A DNA stretch of 54,362 bases, taken from a virus (taxonomy: Duplodnaviria; Caudoviricetes). How positions within the stretch are numbered: position 1 is the stretch's first letter; each line of letters starts with the position of its first letter. The DNA is taken from positions 1 through 54,362 of IMG/VR virus record IMGVR_UViG_3300012348_000091; one strand, 5' to 3'. Positions 44,655 to 54,362 of the stretch are shown here, piece by piece. The notes under the pieces were generated by a model. It searched no databases. It saw only the letters and a list, made by a program, of their open reading frames with translations, and had not been told where the DNA came from. A program made the position numbers and the translations under genes.

Positions 44655-46577
44655 ATGGCCTTCATCAAACTCCAGTTCAAACCCGGCGTTAACCGCGACC
44701 AGACCGACTACTCGAACGAGGGTGGCTGGTACGAGTGCGACAAGATCAGGTTCCGCTCAGGTTACCCTGAGAAGCTGGGGGGCTGGGTCAAGGCAACGCC
44801 TACTCCCTTCGCGGGTGTATGCCGCCAGATGTGGAACTGGATCACCTCGTTCAACGACAACTTCCTCGCGCTCGGCACCGACACCAAGGTGTATATCGAG
44901 GAGGGCGGTAACTACTACAACATCACTCCGTTCGGTGAAGCGCTCGCAGGGTCTAACACCTTTGCGGTGACCAACGGCTCGGCTGATGTCACGGTGACCA
45001 CAACCACCGCGCTTCCCTCATGGGTGGTGACTGGGGAGCCTGTCCTTGTAGCGGGCTTTGTCTCGCCGCTTGGTGGCATCCCCATTACTGAACTGAACGC
45101 AGTCCACACGGTCACTAAGCTCGGAGCGAATAGCTTCAGGTTCACCGTTGCTACCCCTGCGTCTTCGACCACTTCGGTCAGCGGCGTCGGCTTTACGGTG
45201 CGGGTTGAAATCGAGCCGGGCAACGCCATCACCGTAGCGGGTCTTGGCTGGGGTGCGGGTGCGTGGGGACGTGACGCATGGGGTCTCGGTACCACTTCCG
45301 GGGGGATTAACCTCCCTCAACGTGACTGGTGGTTCGACAACTTCGACAACGACCTCGTAATGAACATCCGCAACGGCGCACCCTACTGGTGGGTTCGTGG
45401 GCTGACAGACGACCCCCGAAGCTCACTGGGGACGCACGCTATCACCCTGCAAGATTACGCGACCGGAGAAGGCTACTCTGCCAGTGCGGTGCCGATCAAA
45501 GTCATGCAGTTGCTGGTATCACAGCAGGACAAGCACCTTGTAGCGTTCGGCGCGGTACCGTTCGGCTCCACCAACCCCGCTGACTTTGACCCACTTCTGA
45601 TCCGCTGGGCCGACCAAGACACTCCGGGCGACTGGACCCCGACCCAGACCAATACTGCTGGCGACCTTCGGGTTTCGCGCGGCTCGCGCATCGTGCGCGC
45701 TCTGCCGACTCGTCAGGAAATCCTCGTCTGGACCGACACCAACCTCTACACCTTGCAGTTCCTCGGCACGACTGACGTCTTCGGGCTTCAGGAGTATGCG
45801 GACAATATCTCGATTGCGTCCTCTCGTGCGGTGGCGTCGGCTGCCAACATCACCTACTGGATGGGGCAGGACAAGTTCTACGCCTACACGGGCCGCGTCG
45901 AGACGCTCCCCTGCACGCTGCGCAACCACGTCTTCAAGAACCTCAACTACAACCAAGCTGACCAGATCGTCTGCGGCACCAACGAGCAGTGGAACGAGGT
46001 GTGGTGGTTCTACCCGACTGCCGACAGTGACTATAACAACGCCTACGTGGTCTATAACCACCTAGAGCGCATCTGGTACTACGGCACCATTGACCGCACG
46101 GCTTGGCTCGACACGCCGCTGCGGCAGTACCCGCAGGCTGCTAACACTACGATCTCGGTCAGCGGAAGCACCGTCACCACTGGCCCCGGCTTCCTCTATA
46201 ACCACGAGGACGGCCTCGATGACGATGTGCTGCCTATGGACAGCTACATCCAGTCGTCGGACTTTGATCTCGATGATGGCGACCAGTTCATGCTGACGCG
46301 CCGTATCCTGCCCGACGTCGGGTTCGAGGGTTCGACCGCTATGTCCCCTGAGGTCACTCTACAGGTGCGCCCGCGCAACTTCCCCGGCAGTGCGTTCAGC
46401 GCCGATCCGGCTGATACGCAGCGGGTTATCGAGACTCCAGTGGGGGTCTACACCGATCAGGTCTTCCTGCGCGCCCGCGCCCGCCAGATGGCGTTCAAGA
46501 TCAGATCGCAGAACCTCGGGGTCCAGTGGCAGCTTGGTGCACCTCGTCTCGATGCGCGCCCTGACGGGAGGCGCTAA
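44655..46577 (+). CDS. Tail hub / DNA stabilisation protein (P22 gp10-like)
   Basis: Trp-rich beta-propeller-like sequence: IRWADQ, EVWWFYP, YVVYN...WYYG. Confidence 0.65.
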   Translation: MAFIKLQFKPGVNRDQTDYSNEGGWYECDKIRFRSGYPEKLGGWVKATPTPFAGVCRQMWNWITSFNDNFLALGTDTKVYIEEGGNYYNITPFGEALAGSNTFAVTNGSADVTVTTTTALPSWVVTGEPVLVAGFVSPLGGIPITELNAVHTVTKLGANSFRFTVATPASSTTSVSGVGFTVRVEIEPGNAITVAGLGWGAGAWGRDAWGLGTTSGGINLPQRDWWFDNFDNDLVMNIRNGAPYWWVRGLTDDPRSSLGTHAITLQDYATGEGYSASAVPIKVMQLLVSQQDKHLVAFGAVPFGSTNPADFDPLLIRWADQDTPGDWTPTQTNTAGDLRVSRGSRIVRALPTRQEILVWTDTNLYTLQFLGTTDVFGLQEYADNISIASSRAVASAANITYWMGQDKFYAYTGRVETLPCTLRNHVFKNLNYNQADQIVCGTNEQWNEVWWFYPTADSDYNNAYVVYNHLERIWYYGTIDRTAWLDTPLRQYPQAANTTISVSGSTVTTGPGFLYNHEDGLDDDVLPMDSYIQSSDFDLDDGDQFMLTRRILPDVGFEGSTAMSPEVTLQVRPRNFPGSAFSADPADTQRVIETPVGVYTDQVFLRARARQMAFKIRSQNLGVQWQLGAPRLDARPDGRR

Positions 46578-47269
46578 TGGCTCTCGACAAGTTCCGGGCA
46601 GCACCACTCCCCAACCCCCCGTCACAGTACGACCCGCAGTACATGCGGCAGGTGATCCGCGTTCTGGAAACCTACTTCTCGCAGCTTGACTCCCGCGCCG
46701 CGAACAACGCGCAGCAGTACACGGCTGACTTTTTCTATGGGAGTGGCATCGGTCTAACCATGCCGCATAACCAGTTCTTGAGTAACGTGGATCAGACAGC
46801 GGCAGCTATCGACCAAGCCTATGCAGTGCGATTGGAGATTACGTCTTTCACAGACGGCATCACTATTACCGGTGTAAACAACACACGGATTACTTTCGCG
46901 TCTCCGGGTATGTACATGTTTATATACAGCCTGTCGTTTAAGAACCCGACCAACGATGCGCAGTCGGTGGATATCTGGCTGCGGTACAACAACGGCACGA
47001 CAACTACTGATGTGCCTAACTCGAACAGTAAGTTTACGATCCCCCCGCGCAAATCCACGGGCGATTCTTCTTACCTTATCGCGGTTACACCCTTCAGTGG
47101 GTATGCTGAAGCTGATGGTGTTTGGGTCGAAGTCATGTGGCACGTCTCAGATACGTCTGTAGTTATGGAACATCTCCCCGCAGTGACTGCCGTTCCGGGC
47201 ACAACACCCGCTATTCCCGCTACCCCTTCGGCTATTGTCGAGGCGTTTTTTGTGTCGAAGGCAGTTTGA
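46577..47269 (+). CDS. Putative tail protein
   Basis: N-terminal helix plus a C-terminal beta-sandwich-like region. Confidence 0.6.
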   Translation: MALDKFRAAPLPNPPSQYDPQYMRQVIRVLETYFSQLDSRAANNAQQYTADFFYGSGIGLTMPHNQFLSNVDQTAAAIDQAYAVRLEITSFTDGITITGVNNTRITFASPGMYMFIYSLSFKNPTNDAQSVDIWLRYNNGTTTTDVPNSNSKFTIPPRKSTGDSSYLIAVTPFSGYAEADGVWVEVMWHVSDTSVVMEHLPAVTAVPGTTPAIPATPSAIVEAFFVSKAV

Positions 47270-47336
47270 CGTGCGCAGAGGCTTTGGTTTTGGACAACTT
47301 GGCGCTATAAGCGTAGCCACAAGGTAGGATTTCGCA

Positions 47337-48824
47337 ATGGACATGCAGGCTACTCCGCCGACATATACCCCGGTAGGGGCTGGTCAGACCCCGATGGGTA
47401 ACCCTCCCGTGCTTGGTCAGCAGGTTCCGGGTATGTCTGGTGGCCTGCCTGCGCAGGGCGGTCTCTCGGTTCTAGCCAACCCCATGGCCCAGCAGCTTCA
47501 GAGCATGGGCCGCGATGATGATAGCGTGCTCGTCCACATGACCCCCGACGAGGTCAACAGCCTCCAAGGGCTGGCCATGGCCGCAGGCGGTTCGCTTACC
47601 ATCAACCCCCAGACGGGCCTCCCTGAAGCAGGCTTCCTCAAGAAGCTGCTACCCATGATCGCGGGTATTGGGTTGAACTTCGTCCTGCCGGGTTCTGGCC
47701 TTGCAATTAAGGGGCTTAGCACCGCTGCACAGGCTGGCCTCATGACTGGCGCGGCCAGCACTGCGCTTACCGGCAACCTCCAGAAAGGTCTGATGGCTGG
47801 CCTCGGTGCATTCGGCGGCGCTTCGCTTGCTGGTGGTGTCCAAGGGGCTTTGGCCAAGACCGCAGTCCCCCCTCCGGGTGGCGTTATCCCTCCCGGCGGT
47901 ACTACTCCGCCGATTGCCCCCTCAGGACCGGCCTTTACTGTCCCCGCCGGAGGTGGCCCTATGCCGCTGGACGCCCTACAGGCTACCCTCCCCGCCCCGG
48001 CGGCTGGCACACAAGCCCCCGGCGTCCTCTCTCGCTTTGGCCAAGGATTTGCTCAGACGGCCAAGGGTAATATGACTGGGTTGGCTGCTAAGGCAGCCGT
48101 CCCGATGGCGGGCCTCGGTGTCCTCAGCGGTATTTCCGAAGCGACAACCCCCGGCTTCAAGACTGCTGGCGGTCAGATCGACAACTCGTATCAGGGTCCG
48201 TACACCTCGCAGCGGCGCGAAGCGCAGTTCGCCGCCGATACAGCGGATATTCTTGGTTCGTCCAAGGAGCGCGACTACTTCGCCGTTGATACGCCGGAAA
48301 TCTACAACATGCAGGGTCAGGTTGTGCAGCCGGGTACGACCACTGCGCCGGGCACCATGATCTACCAGAACGTCCTCAACCCCAAAGCTAAGAAGGGCCG
48401 ACCGATGTATTCGTTGGTTGGCACCCCGTTCATGGGTCCCCAAGAGGAAGAAGAGGGCTTTGCCGAAGGCGGCGAAATCAAACTGGCTGACGGTGCGTTT
48501 GTGATCGACGCGCGTACGGTGTCGGAGATCGGTAACGGTAGCAGCAACGCTGGTATTGAAGCACTCGCCCGTATGGGTGGTAGCCCTGTGCGCGGCCCCG
48601 GCGACGGCGTCAGCGACTCCGTTCGCGCCCGTATTGGTCGTGACCAGCCTGCGCGCGTAGCGCGGGATGAAGTGATCTTCCAGCCGGAGGCGGTGCGCCG
48701 TGTCGGTAAGGGTAACCCCAAGCGCGGTGCTGAAAAGCTCTACGCGCTCATGGAGAAGGCCCACAAGGCCCGGAAGAAATCTGAGCGTGGTAAGGATACC
48801 AAGCTGCGGAAGGGTCTGGCCTAA
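47337..48824 (+). CDS. Putative internal virion / ejection protein
   Basis: GRDDDSVLVHM...TINPQTGLPEA, Gly/Ala hydrophobic stretch, GPGDGVSDS. Confidence 0.6.
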   Translation: MDMQATPPTYTPVGAGQTPMGNPPVLGQQVPGMSGGLPAQGGLSVLANPMAQQLQSMGRDDDSVLVHMTPDEVNSLQGLAMAAGGSLTINPQTGLPEAGFLKKLLPMIAGIGLNFVLPGSGLAIKGLSTAAQAGLMTGAASTALTGNLQKGLMAGLGAFGGASLAGGVQGALAKTAVPPPGGVIPPGGTTPPIAPSGPAFTVPAGGGPMPLDALQATLPAPAAGTQAPGVLSRFGQGFAQTAKGNMTGLAAKAAVPMAGLGVLSGISEATTPGFKTAGGQIDNSYQGPYTSQRREAQFAADTADILGSSKERDYFAVDTPEIYNMQGQVVQPGTTTAPGTMIYQNVLNPKAKKGRPMYSLVGTPFMGPQEEEEGFAEGGEIKLADGAFVIDARTVSEIGNGSSNAGIEALARMGGSPVRGPGDGVSDSVRARIGRDQPARVARDEVIFQPEAVRRVGKGNPKRGAEKLYALMEKAHKARKKSERGKDTKLRKGLA

Positions 48825-49267
48825 TGGAAGTCAGCCTCGTCCCCCCTGAGCTTATCGACGGCCTATGGCCGCAGGTGTTTCCGCATATGGCTAATGCGGC
48901 TGCGTATACCTTTGGGCGCTACGAACCCGAGGACATCTTAGAGGCTGTGCTCAACGGTGATGCCCACCTATGGGTTGTGATTGCCGAAGATGGGGCGATC
49001 ACCGGGATCACCGTAACGCGCTTCTGGCGCTACCCACGCAAGACGTGCCTCGACATGGTCTTCCTTGCTGGGGACGATGGGTTTGAATGGCGGGATGCCA
49101 TGCTCTCTACGCTGCGCCGCTGGGCGCGCGATGCTGGTTGTGATGCACTTGAAGGCTCCGGTCGTCCGGGTCTTGCGCGAGCTTTTCGTAATGACGGTTA
49201 CCAGCTACTGTGGCAGGTATTTGAAATCCCCGTAGACGAAACGGGTGGCGGAGATCAGGATGTCTAA
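48824..49267 (+). CDS. GNAT-like protein
   Basis: HLWVV, LAG, WARDAGC..LEGSGRPG; position among ejection genes. Confidence 0.5.
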   Translation: MEVSLVPPELIDGLWPQVFPHMANAAAYTFGRYEPEDILEAVLNGDAHLWVVIAEDGAITGITVTRFWRYPRKTCLDMVFLAGDDGFEWRDAMLSTLRRWARDAGCDALEGSGRPGLARAFRNDGYQLLWQVFEIPVDETGGGDQDV

Positions 49268-50978
49268 GGGCGGTAGTCAACAACCCCAATCGCAGACGGT
49301 TACGCAGACTAACCTGCCGGAATACGCACGTCCGTATTTCGAGAACCTTATGCAGCGTTCGCAGTCTCTGCTCAGTCAGGGCTACACACCCTACGGGCAG
49401 GAGCGCATCGCCGGTTTTACGCCGCAGCAGCAGGCTCTCCAGCAGGACATCCTCGGCCAGCAGACCCCGGGTGAGTTTGGCACTGCCGCTGGTTTGGCCA
49501 CTATTGCCGGGCATCGCTCGCTGGACGCGTCCAACTACGCCACGGGCCAGTTTGGCGCGCAGCAGATCGGCCTACCCAACCTCCAACAGTTCAGTATGGA
49601 TGGGCCACAAGAGGTGCAGGCTGGCCAATATGGTTCGCCTGAGATGCAGGCTGCCCAGACCGGCTTCAGTCCGCAGGTCCAAGCGTTCATGATGGATAAC
49701 GCCCGCGACGTGGGCGCGCAAGAAGTCTCCGCCCCCATGATGCAGGCTGCCCAGACCGACTTCGGTCAGGGGCCGCTTGAGCAGTTCCGTATGGAAGGGC
49801 CGCAGATGTTCGGGTCTGAGCAGGCCCAGCAGTACATGTCGCCGTTCCTTGAACAGGCGCTGGAGCCTCAGCTTCGTAGCGCTGTGTCGGATGCTCGCCG
49901 TGCGCAGGTAACCCAAGACCTCGACGCTGCCCGTAAGGGCACCTTTGGCGGTAGCCGCCAATTGCTCGCCTCCATGGAGCGTGAGAAGAACCTCGGCCAG
50001 CAGATGGGCGACATCCGCGCACGTGGTATGCAGAGCGCGTTTGAGAATGCACAGCAGCAGTTCGAGCGTGACCGCGCAGCGGGCATGACCACTGGCCAGC
50101 AGAACCTTGAAGCTGCGCTTCGGCAGCAGCAACTTGGCACCCAGACGGGCCTTCAGTCGGCACTGGCGAACCTGTCGAACGAGCAGCAGTCGCGGGTCAA
50201 CAACCAAGCGATGCAGTTCCAAGCGCAGGGGATGAACCAAGAGCAGGCAATGCGCGCTGCGCTTGCCAATCAGGGCGTGGATGTCACGCGGCTTCAGGCC
50301 AACCAGCAGGCGCAGATGCAGGCGCAGCAGCTTGGCACTCAGACCGGTGCTCAGTTGGCCTTGGCGAACCTTGACGCGGCTTCACAGGCAAACGTCCAGA
50401 ACCTCGCGGCGCAGCTTCAGACGCAGGGTCTCAATGCCGAGCAGGCGATGCGGGCGGCGCTGGCCAATCAGCAGGCGCAGCTTACCACGGGCCAGCAGAA
50501 CTTGTCTGCCGCGCTCCAGACGCAGCAGTTGGGTGCCCAGACGGGTCTCGAAGCTCTTCGGGCCAACCAGCAGGCTGACCTTGAGCGGCAGCGTATGCGG
50601 GAGCAGTCGCGTCAGTTCGGTGCACAGCAGGGTCTCGCGGGTCTCGCTCAGGCTGGCCAGATGGGTCAGACGCTCACCAATATCGGTTCGGCTCGCTCTC
50701 AGGCCGACCAAGCCCGCTTTGGTTTGCAGACCCAGACGGCAGCGCAGCAGCAGGCGCTTCAGCAGCAGTACATGGACATGGCGTATCAGGACTTCCTGCG
50801 CCAGCGTGACTTCCCGCTTGAGATGCTCCAGCAGTACAGCAGCCTGCTTCGCGGCGTACCGGTCGAGGTCGGGTCCACCCGCTCCACTTACGCGCAGCAG
50901 CCGGGTATCGGGCAGCAGCTTCTTGGTACCGGGCTTGGGGCAGCCAGCCTCTATAATACCTTCGCAGGGGGTCGATAA
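49260..50978 (+). CDS. Gln-rich putative ejection protein
   Basis: MSKGGS, LPEYARPY, GTFGGSR, repeated QQLGTQTG and AMRAALANQ. Confidence 0.65.
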   Translation: MSKGGSQQPQSQTVTQTNLPEYARPYFENLMQRSQSLLSQGYTPYGQERIAGFTPQQQALQQDILGQQTPGEFGTAAGLATIAGHRSLDASNYATGQFGAQQIGLPNLQQFSMDGPQEVQAGQYGSPEMQAAQTGFSPQVQAFMMDNARDVGAQEVSAPMMQAAQTDFGQGPLEQFRMEGPQMFGSEQAQQYMSPFLEQALEPQLRSAVSDARRAQVTQDLDAARKGTFGGSRQLLASMEREKNLGQQMGDIRARGMQSAFENAQQQFERDRAAGMTTGQQNLEAALRQQQLGTQTGLQSALANLSNEQQSRVNNQAMQFQAQGMNQEQAMRAALANQGVDVTRLQANQQAQMQAQQLGTQTGAQLALANLDAASQANVQNLAAQLQTQGLNAEQAMRAALANQQAQLTTGQQNLSAALQTQQLGAQTGLEALRANQQADLERQRMREQSRQFGAQQGLAGLAQAGQMGQTLTNIGSARSQADQARFGLQTQTAAQQQALQQQYMDMAYQDFLRQRDFPLEMLQQYSSLLRGVPVEVGSTRSTYAQQPGIGQQLLGTGLGAASLYNTFAGGR

Positions 50979-52354
50979 TGGAAACTAAACCCTACAGCCT
51001 CCAGTCCCCAGAGCAGATCGCCAAGGACTATGGCGGCAACAAGCAGAAGATCGCGGAAGCGATGCAGATGGGGGTCATCGACCCCACTGCTGGCACACTG
51101 GCGGGTATGTTCATTGACCGGATGCGCTCCGCTGCGCAGACCGAGGCTGCCCCGCAGCAGTCCGTAGCCCAGCAGGTCTTTGCTCCTCCCATGCCCCCGA
51201 TGCCTCAGGGTATGCCTCCGATGCCGCAGATGCCTCAGGGTGCTCCTGCTGGTCTTGGTGCTACTCCACAAGCCGCAGCTATGCCTGCTCCTGCTGCTGC
51301 GCCTCCTATGGGGATGCCCACGGAGCAACCCGTACCGGGTATGGCCGCTGGTGGTATGGTACCGCCCTACATGGGCGGCGGTGGTCTCTCCGACCTCCCA
51401 CTACCTGATGGTATGTTCGACGAGCCGAGCAACGGCGGGTTTGGTGATGGCTACCGTGGCGGTGGCCTTGTGGCTTTTGCCAGAGGCGACTTGGTTGATG
51501 AAGATGAGGTCGTTGATCCCAACGCTCCAGACTTATCTCAGGGGATTGTCGTTGAGAGGCAGCGTAAAAAAGAGCCGGAAGCGGTGCCTGAGCCTGTTGG
51601 ACCTGATGAGTACTATGGTACCTTCAGGGACCCCTTCCGTATGCAGGACGCTATTAATGAGTTGGCCCCGCAGGTAACCGAGCGCCGGGAGCAGGTTAAT
51701 AAGTACCTCGACCGGCTGCTGAGTCCCGAAGATCAGAAGGCGCGGCGCAAGGAAGATATGTGGATGGCCCTTGGCCAGATCGGTGCGCGCATGGCTAGCA
51801 CTCCGGGTTCGCTGCTTCAGGCTGCCAGTGCGGGTATCGGTGAAGCCCTGCCGGGTATTGCTGCTGCGGCTAAGGAACGCCGCGCTGAGGAACGTGGTGC
51901 CCTTTCCGAGCTTGCGAAGAACGAGGGGCTTACCAACGCTGAGGCCCGCGATATGTACCGCCTCACCCGCGAAGGTACCAACCAGTATGGTCAGTTCAAC
52001 GAGGCCCGCCTCAGCCGCGAGCAGCAGGAGAGGCTTGAGCGGTATAAGGAGGAGCGGGCTGACTACCGCGCTCGGGTCAATGCGGCTGCTGGGATCACTC
52101 AGACGGGTATGTCTGTAGCTGGCCAGCGTGATGTCGCTCGTATCAATCAGAGTGGTGATACGGCTCGGTACAACTTCCAAATCAACCAGATGATTGAGAG
52201 TATGATCGCTCCGGGCGGTTCGCGCTATGCTGAGTATCTAAAGGCTCCAGACAAGAACGCATTTATTGGTGGGCTGCGGGCTTCACTTGGTGCTATGCCC
52301 TCACCTTCTGGTGGGGCTACGCCTCCACTGCCCCCCGGATATAATCCTGACTAA
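50978..52354 (+). CDS. Putative ejection protein
   Basis: Pro/Met-rich N-terminus, MAAGG and GGLVAFA motifs, helical C-terminus. Confidence 0.6.
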   Translation: METKPYSLQSPEQIAKDYGGNKQKIAEAMQMGVIDPTAGTLAGMFIDRMRSAAQTEAAPQQSVAQQVFAPPMPPMPQGMPPMPQMPQGAPAGLGATPQAAAMPAPAAAPPMGMPTEQPVPGMAAGGMVPPYMGGGGLSDLPLPDGMFDEPSNGGFGDGYRGGGLVAFARGDLVDEDEVVDPNAPDLSQGIVVERQRKKEPEAVPEPVGPDEYYGTFRDPFRMQDAINELAPQVTERREQVNKYLDRLLSPEDQKARRKEDMWMALGQIGARMASTPGSLLQAASAGIGEALPGIAAAAKERRAEERGALSELAKNEGLTNAEARDMYRLTREGTNQYGQFNEARLSREQQERLERYKEERADYRARVNAAAGITQTGMSVAGQRDVARINQSGDTARYNFQINQMIESMIAPGGSRYAEYLKAPDKNAFIGGLRASLGAMPSPSGGATPPLPPGYNPD

Positions 52355-52369
52355 CAGCAGAGGTAGCTG

Positions 52370-54362
52370 ATGCCCCAGACGGCCACTAATCCGGAGACCG
52401 GCGAGAAGGTAGCTCTGATCGGTGGTCAGTGGGTACCTATTACTCAAACGGCAACCAACCCGGAGACCGGTGAGCGCGTCGGCCTCGCGGGGAACCAGTG
52501 GGTACCTATCGGGAAGGTGGCTGCTGCGCCTGCGCCTGCGCCTGCGCCTGCGCCTGCGCCTGCTCCAGAAGACGAGCGCGGGTTCCTAGGTTTTTTGGAG
52601 GATACTTTTGTCCAGCGGAGTGGCGGTAGAGGGCTAAGCGGTCTGGGTAAACTGGGCGAGCAAATTCCGTCTTTCCTCGAAGGCGCGCTACGTGAAAGTG
52701 CTGCGACGGCGGCTACTATATCGCCGCTGCTAAGCTCCCTGTCCGCTACGCTCGGGCCAGAAAAAGCAAGAAACCTGATCTCTGAAGTTATAGCTCAGAA
52801 GACAGGTTCCCGCGAACTTGCCGGACAGGCGGATAAAGCCCTCCTCCCGTATGTACAGCCGGTTACACGACCTATCGTAGAGGCGGGGGAAACTCTAGAA
52901 GGCTACGGTGGCGAACGGTACTTTGATCCGGACGCCGTTGGTCTGCTCAAGCGTGGCGAGATCGGTGCAGCACTTGGCTCCGGGGTTGAATCTTTCCTTG
53001 AGAGCGCTGCACCGACAGCCTTGGCGGGGGCGACCACCTTGGCGACTAGAAGCCCCACGGCAGGTCGGGCTGTGTTGGGAGCCACAATGGCTCCGCAAAT
53101 CTACACCGGTATCCGCGAAGAACAGGAGCGGACGGGTAAAGGTGATGCGGGGGACGCATTTTTCGCCACTGCCGCAGGGATGGCGCTAGAGCTTATCGGT
53201 GGTACGGGTGCCGCTGTCACGTCTCGCCTAACGAGAGAAGCGAGTGCCGAAGCACAGCGCGGTGTCGCTGCTGCCCTAAAGCGCGTGGGCCGCGAAGGTG
53301 TAACCACCATGGGGCAAGAAGGTCTGGTCGAAATGGCCCAGACGGCGCTGGAACGCCAAGCTGCGGGTAAGGATTTAACCAGTCCCGAAGCCATTAATGA
53401 ACTGCTCAACGCGGGTTTTGTCGGCCTCATTGGCGGTGGTGCCGTGGGCACAACCGTGCAGGGCGGAAAAGAAATTGCGTCCGCACTTCGGAGGGGTACT
53501 CCCGAAGCCACGGCCCTCGCAGCAGACCCAACTATTCGAGCAGAGTTCCAGCGACTGGCAGCCCAAGAGGTTGCCACGGTTATGCAGGCTGACCCGGAGA
53601 TCAGCCAAAATGATGCTGTCGCTCAGGTGTCTGAGCGTGCAGAAGACCTGCTCACACGGGCCGCAGCTAATGTGGTCGGAGCCGAAGGAGAAACCGATGT
53701 CGCAGCCGATGCTGATACCGCTGTGGATGTCCCCGGAGGAGGTGTCGCAGGCACTGCTCCTGATCTCGGAACCGCACCGCCCGTTGCCGGTGCCCCAGAC
53801 CTTGGAGAGGCTGTCGCAGGACGACTGGGAGAACCTCTTCCTAGCGTACCAGTTCCTACTGTTGGCACGGGAGCGGGAGTCGCTCCACTAGCACCCATCG
53901 CGCCTGCGTTTGATATTACGCCGATCATGGAAGCTCCTACGTTGGCGGAGCGTACTTCGGCTGCGCGGCAGGTCGTGGCGGACATCGCCATTGACATACC
54001 TGAGCTTCAAGCCCTGCCGAAGGGCAAGTACACCCAAGCCGCGAACCAGATGGCGAAGAGCGCAGCGCGCGGCGAGCAGTTCGACCCGGTCGATATTGTG
54101 TATAACGTAGCAGGTATAGAGCGCCCTGCACCGGTTGCTCCCGCACCCGCACCCGAAGTCCCGGCTGCTCCCTCGGTTGACGAAGTGGCTGTGGCCCCAG
54201 TCAAGGCTGCGATTGAGACGGCTGCTGCACCTGCGCCTGTGGTTCCCGGTGCCGTGCCCAGCCTCGCACAGGCTTCCGCGCGTGAAGTGGGTATCACGCC
54301 TGCGCCTACGGTTGAGCCTGCGCCCCCGGCCCCCGCTGCTACTATCACGCCTGCTCCGACCC
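52370..54362 (+). CDS. Large internal virion protein, truncated at window edge
   Basis: Manual translation MPQTATNPETGEKVALIGGQWVPI (module duplicated), AP linker; no stop seen to the edge; GAGG RBS. Confidence 0.75.
   Translation, partial: MPQTATNPETGEKVALIGGQWVPITQTATNPETGERVGLAGNQWVPIGKVAAAPAPAPAPAPAPAPEDERGFLGFLEDTFVQRSGGRGLSGLGKLGEQIPSFLEGALRESAATAATISPLLSSLSATLGPEKARNLISEVIAQKTGSRELAGQADKALLPYVQPVTRPIVEAGETLEGYGGERYFDPDAVGLLKRGEIGAALGSGVESFLESAAPTALAGATTLATRSPTAGRAVLGATMAPQIYTGIREEQERTGKGDAGDAFFATAAGMALELIGGTGAAVTSRLTREASAEAQRGVAAALKRVGREGVTTMGQEGLVEMAQTALERQAAGKDLTSPEAINELLNAGFVGLIGGGAVGTTVQGGKEIASALRRGTPEATALAADPTIRAEFQRLAAQEVATVMQADPEISQNDAVAQVSERAEDLLTRAAANVVGAEGETDVAADADTAVDVPGGGVAGTAPDLGTAPPVAGAPDLGEAVAGRLGEPLPSVPVPTVGTGAGVAPLAPIAPAFDITPIMEAPTLAERTSAARQVVADIAIDIPELQALPKGKYTQAANQMAKSAARGEQFDPVDIVYNVAGIERPAPVAPAPAPEVPAAPSVDEVAVAPVKAAIETAAAPAPVVPGAVPSLAQASAREVGITPAPTVEPAPPAPAATITPAPT
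52526..52561. repeat. (GCGCCT)6 microsatellite encoding an AP linker
   Basis: Six perfect hexamer copies. Confidence 0.9.
53697..53891 (+). CDS. Candidate overprinted 64-aa protein in the +1 frame
   Basis: AAGGAG at 53685-53690, ATG 53697; MSQPMLIPLWMSPEEV...DWENLFLAYQFLLLARERESLH. Confidence 0.55.
   Translation: MSQPMLIPLWMSPEEVSQALLLISEPHRPLPVPQTLERLSQDDWENLFLAYQFLLLARERESLH

Noticed and set aside
53397-53696. Upstream part of the 164-aa alternative-frame ORF
   Set aside because: No RBS and arbitrary composition; only the part from ATG 53697 is supported.
1-54362. tRNA, rRNA, integrase or att site
   Set aside because: None recognised by eye; a tRNAscan/Infernal run is needed to exclude them formally.

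Overview
A 54.4 kb piece of a GC-rich tailed dsDNA phage genome with podovirus-like (P22-type) morphogenesis genes, organised as two divergent arms. The minus-strand arm (1-20.1 kb) holds early and replication genes: SNF2 helicase, Cas4-like nuclease, family A DNA polymerase, VRR-NUC, a MoxR-type AAA+/VWA-metallopeptidase module, a glycosyltransferase, a methyltransferase and many small ORFs. The plus-strand arm (20.7 kb to the end) holds terminase, portal, GroES-like protein, scaffold, major capsid, adaptors, two tail fibres, a GH19 endolysin and probable ejection proteins. I saw no integrase, tRNA or CRISPR array. The most unusual features are: (1) an early gene whose first 24 codons are a synonymously diverged copy of the major capsid N-terminus, lying among other single-domain look-alikes (sigma70 region 4, RNAP alpha-CTD, DnaA domain IV, tail-fibre repeat); (2) a directional hairpin-forming motif CATAC-CYGA-GTATG present seven times in the early arm; (3) a candidate chained-pseudoknot RNA after the capsid terminator; (4) an overprinted gene with its own RBS inside the last large virion gene. 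All product calls come from recognising motifs by eye, not from database searches.
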